A DNA stretch of 64,000 bases from Spirochaetaceae bacterium (GTDB lineage Bacteria > Spirochaetota > Spirochaetia > DSM-27196 > SKKC01). The notes under the pieces were generated by a model, which saw only the letters and a list, made by a program, of their open reading frames with translations, made no database searches and had not been told where the DNA came from. Both the position numbers and the translations under genes were made by a program. Positions 10,074 to 17,534 of this stretch are shown in pieces. The stretch covers positions 1,026-65,025 of the forward strand of contig SKXQ01000003.1 of NCBI GenBank assembly GCA_007128315.1, read 5' to 3'. Position 1 is the first letter of the stretch. Every line of letters begins with the position of its first letter.

Positions 10074-11309
10074 TCAGGTCACGACGGCAGCGTACGCGAG
10101 ACCCGCGATCGTAGCCATGACGACAACGAGCAACACATACACGAGCGTTTTGCGGAACCCCAGTTCGCTGTGAATCACCAGAAGGGAGGGTAGCGACATC
10201 GACGGGCCGCCGAGAAGAAGCGCGAGTGCCGGCCCGTCGGCCATACCAGCTCCCATGAGTCCCTGTATGATGGGTACCTCGGTGAGGGTCGCGAAATACA
10301 TGAGGGCGCCGGCAATCGATGCGAAAGCAATATTGCCGACGGAGTTTCTCCCGACCAGCGCCGCTATCCATTCCTCCGGAATCAGGGCCTGCTCTCCCGG
10401 TCTGCCAAGAAAAAAACCGGCGATAAAAATCCCGCCGAGAAGCAGAGGCAGAATCTGTACGGCGAAATCGCGTGACGAGCGCACCCAGTCATAAAGCTCG
10501 CGGCTCCGGTACCAGCGCAGCATGGCGTAGACAAGAACCAGGGCGAAGGCTCCGGCGATGCCGTAACGCAGCTGATACAGGAGATCCCATGCGACAGACG
10601 CACCGCCCGATGAACGCCAGTTCACAAAGAGCAGGATCCCTACCATCGAACCGACAAAGAGTACGCTCTTCCAGGCGGGGCGCCGCTCCGCGTCATCGTT
10701 TCCGACACCTGCGAACATGGCAGCGTTCGTCTGCCGTTGCGCGTCCTCCTTGCGGTAGATCAGGTGCATGAGCAGACCAATGACCACAGCGAAGACGATC
10801 GCTCCCACAGCGCGGGCTATGCCGAGCCCGAGCCCCAGGACCTGGGCGGTCAGTATGATCGCGAGCACATTGACCGCGGGACCCGAAAACAGGAACGCTA
10901 TTGCGGGCCCGATCCCCGCGCCTTTGCGGTATATTCCCTTGAACAGGGGCAGCACCGTGCACGAGCAGACCGACAGTACCGCTCCCGAGACGGACGCAAC
11001 TCCATAGGCCGTTGCCGGTCGTGCATCCGGCCCGAGATAGCGAATGACCGACTGCTTGTCGAGAAACATCGAGATCGCCCCGGCGATGAAGAACGCCGGA
11101 ACAAGGCTGTAGAGAACATGATTTCGCGCGTAGTAGTGTACAAGCGCGAACGCTTCGTTGACCCCTGCGGTAACGCGCGTGGTCCCGAAGGGAATGAAAA
11201 ACAGCGCGAGAAATATGAGCCCCATGACAACGAGGGCGCGATTCTCTTTCGTCTGCCGGAATTGCGCAAGCTTCCCCCGGAGGCCGGGGGATGTGGTCGC
11301 CGTGCTCAT
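10074..11309 (-). CDS. ArsP/DUF318 family permease
   Basis: SVCSCTVLPLF, AFLFSGPA and YFATLTEVP motifs; ATGA overlap with the upstream small thioredoxin gene. Confidence 0.85.
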   Translation of the reverse strand: MSTATTSPGLRGKLAQFRQTKENRALVVMGLIFLALFFIPFGTTRVTAGVNEAFALVHYYARNHVLYSLVPAFFIAGAISMFLDKQSVIRYLGPDARPATAYGVASVSGAVLSVCSCTVLPLFKGIYRKGAGIGPAIAFLFSGPAVNVLAIILTAQVLGLGLGIARAVGAIVFAVVIGLLMHLIYRKEDAQRQTNAAMFAGVGNDDAERRPAWKSVLFVGSMVGILLFVNWRSSGGASVAWDLLYQLRYGIAGAFALVLVYAMLRWYRSRELYDWVRSSRDFAVQILPLLLGGIFIAGFFLGRPGEQALIPEEWIAALVGRNSVGNIAFASIAGALMYFATLTEVPIIQGLMGAGMADGPALALLLGGPSMSLPSLLVIHSELGFRKTLVYVLLVVVMATIAGLAYAAVVT

Positions 11310-11545
11310 GAAATGAAGCTCTTGATTTCCTCGGGGGACAGGACTTTTCCGCTGCTCTTCAGCACGCCGTCTATGGCCAGACCGGGGGTAACGAGCAGCC
11401 CCATGTCCGCCATGACATCGGAATCGGTGATCTTTTCGATTTCATAGTTGGACGCGGCGTCACCTAACGAGGCTATCGCCTCCCGCGCGTGCGTCTCCAT
11501 CTTTGCGCAATTAGCGCATCCAGGACCGAGTACCTGTATCCTCAT
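11306..11545 (-). CDS. Small redox-active disulfide protein (Thioredoxin_3 / MTH895-like)
   Basis: MRIQVLGPGCANC...TPGLAIDG..KSSG; SD GGAGGG upstream of ATG 11545. Confidence 0.9.
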   Translation of the reverse strand: MRIQVLGPGCANCAKMETHAREAIASLGDAASNYEIEKITDSDVMADMGLLVTPGLAIDGVLKSSGKVLSPEEIKSFIS

Positions 11546-11569
11546 ATCTGTTCCCTCCATCTATAAATC

Positions 11570-11598
11570 ATGATAACCATATATGCGGTTTAATGCAA
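11570..11598 (-). promoter_or_regulatory. Sigma70-type promoter of the thioredoxin-permease operon, with an imperfect palindrome in the spacer
   Basis: Minus strand TTGCAT(11598-11593)-17 nt-TATCAT(11575-11570); AACCGCATATATGGTT spans the spacer. Confidence 0.65.
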
Positions 11599-11627
11599 GT
11601 ATTGATTTCCCGTCCGCCGTACGATTT

Positions 11628-12446
11628 TCATGGTTTTGAGAGACGCACCCAGAGCAGCCCGAGGTACTCGTACCATGCGCGCTCGCTGCGCTGAAGTGCG
11701 ACGGCACCGGGGAGATACGACCAGGCGGAATACGCCCCTCTAAACGCCCGGTATCCGGCAGGAGCAGGGAGAACGGTGAGTCCTGCTCCCTGGAACTCCC
11801 GGACAGCTCGTGGCATGTGAGATGCACTGGTAATCAGCACGATCCGGCCGGTGGAGCTGTCCTGTCCGCGTTCCGAATATAGATATTCGCGTACTGCACG
11901 AGCCTCCTCTCGCGTATCCCGGGGCGTTGTCAGCACATCGGTTGCCTCCGACGGCATACCGAGACTGACTGCCGTGCGTCTGGCCACTTCCGCGGTCGGG
12001 ATTGCCCCCTGTCCCGCGTATCCTGTGAAAACCGTCGTCAGCACCCGGTCGGAAGTTCGCAGCAGACGAACCGCCTCAGTCGTTCGAGCGAGACCGGCAT
12101 CACCAAGCTGAGCGGAACCCGGAAAGCGCTCCCACTCACTGTGACCCGCTCCGAGGACGACGATCAGGTCGACCTCCGACGGCAGCGATTCCAGGGGATC
12201 ATAACGCCGCTCGAGGCTGAGGAGAAAAGCATCGGCGACCGGTGCTGTCGACAGCAGCCAGAAGATCACGAGCGCGCTGCCTGCGGCGGCTGCGGCCGCT
12301 CGCTTCAGCCCGGCAGAGGAGCGAAGACCCGGTCGGTCGCGGCGGCGTCCGACACACCACAGGATAACGGCCAGGCCGGCAAGCAGGAACACGAGCGGCA
12401 CGGGAAAGAGCATTCGCGAGATGAGTTTTCGTAATACAAAGGCCAC
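11628..12446 (-). CDS. YdcF/ElyC (DUF218) family envelope protein
   Basis: N-terminal TMs; IVVLGAG, RDTREEA, LITSASHMPRA and EYLGL motifs. Confidence 0.9.
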   Translation of the reverse strand: MAFVLRKLISRMLFPVPLVFLLAGLAVILWCVGRRRDRPGLRSSAGLKRAAAAAAGSALVIFWLLSTAPVADAFLLSLERRYDPLESLPSEVDLIVVLGAGHSEWERFPGSAQLGDAGLARTTEAVRLLRTSDRVLTTVFTGYAGQGAIPTAEVARRTAVSLGMPSEATDVLTTPRDTREEARAVREYLYSERGQDSSTGRIVLITSASHMPRAVREFQGAGLTVLPAPAGYRAFRGAYSAWSYLPGAVALQRSERAWYEYLGLLWVRLSKP

Positions 12447-12461
12447 AACGGAACTCTACGT

Positions 12462-12929
12462 TCAGCGAAGCACAAGGACAAGGGTCAGGAGGAGCACCGA
12501 AACCAGAACTCCGGATCCAGCACCTTCGATGCGGCCTATCCGTCGCTGTTGCTGTGCCCTGGCTGCCTCGGCGTCGCGTTCCGCTTCAATCAATGACACC
12601 TGTGTTTCGAAGGTACCACTCAAGGTATTGAAGCTCTGCTCGAGCGTTTCGTGTCTCAACCGCCATATCAGCAGCGATGCTTCCTGCTCGTTCGACAGCT
12701 GCTCGTGCTCGCTCAGTAAGGACTCCAGTTCGTTCACCTTCTGCTCGAGCGTCAACAAGTGCTGATTCAAACGCTCTATAGAGGCCGCTACGCTGTTCGG
12801 CCCGGACGCGATCACGCTCTGCGTACTCGCGAGAAGCAGGATCAACAACAAAAAAATAGATCGCAGCGGCGCCCGTAAGCAGGCCCGCAGCAAACGCGGC
12901 AGCCACGACGTATACTGTTTTTCGCACAT
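12462..12929 (-). CDS. Hypothetical protein (ORF A of nested pair): signal peptide, coiled coil, C-terminal TM
   Basis: 155 aa from ATG 12929; h-region IFLLLILLLA, heptads IERLNQHLLTLEQKVNELESLL, C-terminal GVLVSVLLLTLVLVLR. Confidence 0.7.
   Translation of the reverse strand: MCEKQYTSWLPRLLRACLRAPLRSIFLLLILLLASTQSVIASGPNSVAASIERLNQHLLTLEQKVNELESLLSEHEQLSNEQEASLLIWRLRHETLEQSFNTLSGTFETQVSLIEAERDAEAARAQQQRRIGRIEGAGSGVLVSVLLLTLVLVLR
12586..12927 (-). CDS. Hypothetical protein (ORF B, nested in ORF A): N-terminal TM plus helical domain, i-spanin-like topology
   Basis: 113 aa from GTG 12927, 5 nt after GGAGG; MRKTVYVVAAAFAAGLLTGAAAIYFFVV followed by an A/E/R-rich helix. Confidence 0.6.
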   Translation of the reverse strand: MRKTVYVVAAAFAAGLLTGAAAIYFFVVDPASREYAERDRVRAEQRSGLYRAFESALVDARAEGERTGVLTERARAAVERAGSIAADMAVETRNARAELQYLEWYLRNTGVID

Positions 12930-13062
12930 GAGCCTCCCCCGGCCTGTACGGCACAAATCGTTTTATTATTACATACAATTTATTTCTTTCAAGTCCATTG
13001 TTGGTACGGATTGAGAAAGGCCCTACCCGGATACACGGCTCTATTGCTACATTAACCGTGGC

Positions 13063-13674
13063 ATGCATCGACAGAGAACGCACTACGAAGCGCTTGGCGT
13101 CTCGAAAAACGCCGGGCGCGACGAGATTCGGAAAGCCTTCCGGAGTAAGGCAAAGAAACATCACCCGGATGCGGGCGGGTCCGCGGACGCGAAACGCTTT
13201 CATGAAGCGCAGGCAGCCTACGAAATACTCCTTGATCCGGCGAAACGCCGTGAGTACGATCAACTGCTCGCCAGTGGCGCAGCGGGTGGAGGTCTGCATG
13301 GCCGTGCGACGAGCGCCGGCGGAACCTTCACCGATGCCGACCGGGTTCTCTGGGAGCTGTGGGAAGCATTCTTCGGTCCGGAGTCCGACGTTTCGCCGGG
13401 AGAGTACCGGCACCGGACGACCGAGAAGAGGGATGCGTTACACTATACGGTTACGGTAACACCGGACGAGGCAGGCACGGGCACCCGTGTACAGCTGCCT
13501 CACGATTCACGCCGCAAAATATTCGCAGACGTACCCGCAGGCAGCGCCGACGGATCAAGAGTGACTCACGAGATCACCGATCTGTTCGGCACCCGGGAGA
13601 TCATCGTGACGATACGCGTGCGGGAAGAGGTAAAACGCGCTCAGGCGCGAGCCGGTGCTCAGTCGGAGCGTTGA
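13063..13674 (+). CDS. J-domain protein (short CbpA/DnaJ-like)
   Basis: THYEALGV...KKHHPD...AYEILLDPAKRREYD; single DnaJ_C-like segment (VTVTPDEAGTG...VPAG..DG); no Zn finger. Confidence 0.9.
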   Translation: MHRQRTHYEALGVSKNAGRDEIRKAFRSKAKKHHPDAGGSADAKRFHEAQAAYEILLDPAKRREYDQLLASGAAGGGLHGRATSAGGTFTDADRVLWELWEAFFGPESDVSPGEYRHRTTEKRDALHYTVTVTPDEAGTGTRVQLPHDSRRKIFADVPAGSADGSRVTHEITDLFGTREIIVTIRVREEVKRAQARAGAQSER

Positions 13675-13675
13675 C

Positions 13676-14413
13676 TCAGACCCGACGCGTCCACATACCG
13701 GTCCACTCCCGTACGCGCTCGCTGCCGCGAGCGCGGATGTCGGCCGCCATGTCGTCACCGAAGAAAAAACCACAGAGCTCAGCCGCCTGTTCGACGCTGT
13801 CGAAAACGTAGTCAGTAGGAATTTCGCGACGCGTGAAACCGTAGGCTGCTTCGAGCTGTGTATAGAAACGTGCCAGTCCGGGAACCGGGGCTTCAGGTGT
13901 CTCAACGTTCGTTCCGAGTGTTTCCAGGAATATGAGCGTCCCGCCGTTACGAATCATAGCCGCGGCCGAGTGAACGAGCTGGTCGCATCGCTCCTCAATA
14001 CCTCCCCCCGGGGCAGCCTCCGCATCGAGAATGGTATGTCCGAAACTCCAGCCTTCAATAAAGATGTCAGCCCCGAGATTACCCACATCCGGATGCATTA
14101 CCTGTTTTTTCATGCGGTCCAGGTCAGCATTCTCGCATATGCGAAACGTCAGTCTGTGAAGGAAGGGGGACAGGTTGTTTCTCGCCTGGTCGATCATGTC
14201 CTCGCTGCGGTCAAGGAGAAGTGCGGAGGTGATGTATTTCACGTACCAGCCGGTTACGCGGCCGGTACCGACACCTGCCTCTACGACCCGGGTATTGCGC
14301 CAGTTGACAATCTCATATACGGCTTTGCGCAACTCACCGTCGGCATCTTCATGCTGTACCAGCTCATGATACCGTGCAGCGTGATGATCATAGATTTCGT
14401 ACATGTCAGGCAT
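13676..14413 (-). CDS. Class I SAM-dependent methyltransferase
   Basis: VVEAGVGTGR motif I and LDRS motif II; ATG 14413 overlaps the rbsK stop (ATGCCTGA). Confidence 0.85.
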   Translation of the reverse strand: MPDMYEIYDHHAARYHELVQHEDADGELRKAVYEIVNWRNTRVVEAGVGTGRVTGWYVKYITSALLLDRSEDMIDQARNNLSPFLHRLTFRICENADLDRMKKQVMHPDVGNLGADIFIEGWSFGHTILDAEAAPGGGIEERCDQLVHSAAAMIRNGGTLIFLETLGTNVETPEAPVPGLARFYTQLEAAYGFTRREIPTDYVFDSVEQAAELCGFFFGDDMAADIRARGSERVREWTGMWTRRV

Positions 14414-15314
14414 CGAAAGACTCCACTTCGGCTCGGTAAGGAATCGATGAACTGGCACCGGCCCTGGTCACGGCGATCGCAGCAGCTTTCTGGGCGAACG
14501 CGGCAGCATCTTCAAACAGGGCCCCCTCGGTCAGCGCAACCGCGAGGGCACCACTGAAGACATCTCCCGCCGCGGTGGTATCGACCACGTCGACGGAGAT
14601 TGCGTCGCGGTGTTCAATATCAAGGCCGCCATGGCGGTAGGTAATGCCCTGTGCCCCCTCGGTCATGCATACCGTTTCGACACCGAATCCATGCAGACGA
14701 TCGATGAGAGACTCAACTGAACTGTCCACCCCGGTATCGCCGGCGAGAAGCGCGGCTTCGCCGCGGTTCGGGGTCAGGACGGTGACCCGCTGAAGCAGGT
14801 CATGGTCAAGCGGCACCGCCGGAGCCGGGTTCAGCAGAACAGGTGTATTGACGTCGAACGCTACATGCACTGCTTCGGTTACGACCGAAAGAGGGACTTC
14901 CAGCTGAACCAGAAGCATATCCGCCTCCCTGATCCGTGTTGCAAAGGCGCGCACGTCGCTCGGTGTCAGACTGTAGTTAGCGCCAGGATCCAGGATGATA
15001 GCATTCTCTCCGGCACAAACGGTAATTACCGCGACTCCGCTCGGGGTTTCCGTCACCATCTGCACGTCGTCACAGTTCACGCCGCTGGCCTTGAGGTTGT
15101 CAAGAAGCTGGGTGCCAAAGGCATCGTCCCCGACACGAGCCAGCATGCGGACCGTCCCACCAAGACGGGCGGCGGCGATCGCCTGGTTTGCTCCTTTGCC
15201 GCCGGGGACCGTCATAAAGCCCTCGCCGGAAACGGTCTCACCGGGAGCCGGCCAGCGAGGCGTTTGAATCACAAGATCCATGTTGATGCTGCCGATTACA
15301 CAGATATTCCCCAT
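14406..15314 (-). CDS. rbsK: Ribokinase
   Basis: GSINMDL, GGKGANQA, QLE, NPAPA and DTTAAGD motifs. Confidence 0.93.
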   Translation of the reverse strand: MGNICVIGSINMDLVIQTPRWPAPGETVSGEGFMTVPGGKGANQAIAAARLGGTVRMLARVGDDAFGTQLLDNLKASGVNCDDVQMVTETPSGVAVITVCAGENAIILDPGANYSLTPSDVRAFATRIREADMLLVQLEVPLSVVTEAVHVAFDVNTPVLLNPAPAVPLDHDLLQRVTVLTPNRGEAALLAGDTGVDSSVESLIDRLHGFGVETVCMTEGAQGITYRHGGLDIEHRDAISVDVVDTTAAGDVFSGALAVALTEGALFEDAAAFAQKAAAIAVTRAGASSSIPYRAEVESFDA

Positions 15315-15322
15315 ATGCGTCC

Positions 15323-15358
15323 ACTATACGGTGGCCTGTTGCTCCATGCAAGGCCACC
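15323..15358 (-). promoter_or_regulatory. rbsK promoter with overlapping inverted repeat
   Basis: TTGCAT(15351-15346)-17 nt-TATAGT(15328-15323), 8 nt before ATG; 8 bp IR GGTGGCCT(15330-15337)/AGGCCACC(15351-15358). Confidence 0.6.
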
Positions 15359-15466
15359 ACCGTCACACCATGCCGGACAGATATTAGTTCGAGAATCCAC
15401 CCTCACCCTACTACCGTGGTCGGAAAAACTGCGCTATGATGTCACGACGCAGGAGACACAATACGC

Positions 15467-16375
15467 ATGCCAACACCGTTCATAATTGATACCGACTGTG
15501 GCATAGACGATGCAGTCGCCATACTCATGGCCTTATATCATCCCGCTGCCGAAGTGGTAGGTATCACAACGCTGAGCGGGAACGTGAAGCGGGAACATGT
15601 GACGCGGAACGTCTGTGATCTGCTGAGTTATGTCGATCACTCCGATATCCCCGTGTTTGAAGGTGCGGACCGCCCCCTCGTGCAGGACCCCGTGCTCGCA
15701 ACGAGTATTCACGGTCCGACAGGTCTCGGCACCGTCGATCTCCCCGAATCCGGAAAAGCCCCCGTATCGGCAAACGCAGCAGCGGGAATCGCCGAAATGC
15801 TTCAGAAACACACCGGAGCAACGGTGGTAGCACTCGGACCACTCACCAACATCGCAATTACACTGAACTTGTACCCGGAAGTCGCCGAACGGATCGGATC
15901 GCTCGTCATAATGGGTGGCGCCCTCCATACGGGTAACGTGACCAGATTCGCCGAATTCAACTTCTTCGCCGATCCCGAGGCAGCCGATGTCGTTTTCAGA
16001 TCGGGCGTCCCACTGACTGTCGTTCCGTGGGAGGCGTGCATGGCTTCACGCATGAATCGTGAACGGCTCGCGGAGGCTGTCGGAAATCAGGCCCGGAAAG
16101 GGAAACTCGTACAGGATCTGCAGGAATGGATCTTCCGCTTCATGGAGAAGCGCTACGGCGAGGCGTTTACCGCCCTGGCGGACCCGGTAGCTATGGCGGT
16201 GGCGCTCGATCCGAATGTTGTCTGGGCACGCCACGACGGCTACCTGAAACTGGAACTGGGGCACAACGCGCTGCGCGGAGCAAGCGTTCCGTGGAACGGC
16301 AGTGGCATGAACATTATTGATGAATTGGACATGGAGGCTTTTGTCGCCATGTTACAAGAAGTGTTTACGACGTAA
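15467..16375 (+). CDS. Nucleoside hydrolase (IUNH family)
   Basis: DTDCGIDD, IHGPTG, LGPLTNIA and AEFNFFADPEAA motifs; SD AGGAG. Confidence 0.93.
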   Translation: MPTPFIIDTDCGIDDAVAILMALYHPAAEVVGITTLSGNVKREHVTRNVCDLLSYVDHSDIPVFEGADRPLVQDPVLATSIHGPTGLGTVDLPESGKAPVSANAAAGIAEMLQKHTGATVVALGPLTNIAITLNLYPEVAERIGSLVIMGGALHTGNVTRFAEFNFFADPEAADVVFRSGVPLTVVPWEACMASRMNRERLAEAVGNQARKGKLVQDLQEWIFRFMEKRYGEAFTALADPVAMAVALDPNVVWARHDGYLKLELGHNALRGASVPWNGSGMNIIDELDMEAFVAMLQEVFTT

Positions 16376-16407
16376 ACACACACCACACACAGAAAGGAGA
16401 GTACGTT

Positions 16408-17463
16408 ATGAAGCGTATACTCGTATTGGTGATTGCCGGACTTGTTCTCATCGGTGGCCTGTCTTTTGCCGGTGGACGACAGGAAGCGGCAAGTGACAGC
16501 ACGCGCGTCCTGCTGTATCTCAACGGAACGCGGGGCGACCAGTCGTTCTTCGACTCAGCGTCACGCGGAATCACGATTGCAGCCGAACAGTTTGATATCG
16601 AGACCCGCATCGTCGAAGGCGGCTATGATTCCTCCGCGTGGCAGCCGGACCTTGCTCAGCTGGCGGGCGGTGGCTGGGATATCCTGATCGCAGGTACCTG
16701 GCAGCTTGCAGAGTATGTACAGGACCTTGCGGTTCAGTACCCTGATACCACGTTCATCGTTTACGATACTGCAGTCGACTATTCGGCGGGAGATTTTTCG
16801 AACGTATATTCGATCCTCTACAGCCAGAACGAAGGCAGTTTCCTTGCCGGAGCTCTTGCAGGAATGCTGACAGCTTCAGATCTTGACCTGTCGCGATCCG
16901 GTAATACCATCGGCTTCATTGGTGGTATGGATATCCCGGTCATTAACGACTTCCGTGTCGGTTTCGAACAGGGAGCCCGTCAGGTAAATCCGAACGTGCG
17001 GGTGCTTGCAGCGTATGTCGGAAACTTCAATGATCCCGCACGCGGCAAGGAACTGGCACTCGCTCAGATCGAGCAGGGAGCAGACGTCATTTTCGCAGCA
17101 GCGGGCGAAAGCGGCCTTGGTGCACTCGAAGCAGCCGGCGAACAGGGTGTCTATTCGATCGGTGTAGACTCGGATCAGTACCTGCTGCTGAGGGATAACC
17201 AGCCCAACATAGCAGCATCGGTTGTAACCTCGATGCTCAAGAACGTCGACAATTCGATGATCCGAGCGATTGAACGCTATCTCGATGGAACCCTTGCAAT
17301 CGGCCAGGCCGAGGTTCTGGGCATACGGGAAGAAGGCGTCGGCATAGCCCGAAACGAGAACTTCGAGCGTATCGTGCCTCAAGCCATGGTGGACGAGCTG
17401 GATCGCCTCATCGACATGATCGATTCAGGTGAAATCGTCGTCGAGACCGCAATCGGCGAGTAA
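16408..17463 (+). CDS. BMP family ABC transporter substrate-binding protein (nucleoside)
   Basis: GDQSFFD, EGSFLAG, IGFIGG..IPVI, IGVDSDQ and SMLKNVD motifs; SD AAGGAG. Confidence 0.93.
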   Translation: MKRILVLVIAGLVLIGGLSFAGGRQEAASDSTRVLLYLNGTRGDQSFFDSASRGITIAAEQFDIETRIVEGGYDSSAWQPDLAQLAGGGWDILIAGTWQLAEYVQDLAVQYPDTTFIVYDTAVDYSAGDFSNVYSILYSQNEGSFLAGALAGMLTASDLDLSRSGNTIGFIGGMDIPVINDFRVGFEQGARQVNPNVRVLAAYVGNFNDPARGKELALAQIEQGADVIFAAAGESGLGALEAAGEQGVYSIGVDSDQYLLLRDNQPNIAASVVTSMLKNVDNSMIRAIERYLDGTLAIGQAEVLGIREEGVGIARNENFERIVPQAMVDELDRLIDMIDSGEIVVETAIGE

Positions 17464-17475
17464 TCAGACCCATAC

Positions 17476-17515
17476 AACGCCCTGCGAGCTCCGGCTTGCG
17501 GGGCGTTCGTTTTTT
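17476..17515 (+). terminator. Intrinsic terminator-like or stabilising hairpin between the SBP and ATPase genes
   Basis: AACGCCCTGCGAGC-TCCG-GCTTGCGGGGCGTT (14 bp stem with G-U pairs) followed by CGTTTTTT. Confidence 0.75.
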
Positions 17516-17534
17516 CTCCACGGAACAACGAAAT

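Noticed and set aside
12990..13062. CIRCE/HrcA operator before the J-domain gene
   Set aside because: No TTAGCACTC-N9-GAGTGCTAA match.
12586..13413. 275 aa minus-strand ORF as a single gene
   Set aside because: Its first 162 codons are antisense to the J-domain gene and cross the intergenic region; only the part from GTG 12927, which has an SD, looks protein-like.
11600..13700. Prophage around the spanin-like pair
   Set aside because: No integrase, holin, endolysin, structural gene or att-like repeat is visible; the flanks are ordinary host genes.
13655..14557. Long antisense ORFs (also 22202..23338, 37838..38791, 53623..54888, 24792..25664)
   Set aside because: They shadow well-supported genes on the opposite strand, lack motifs, and are expected in high-GC DNA.
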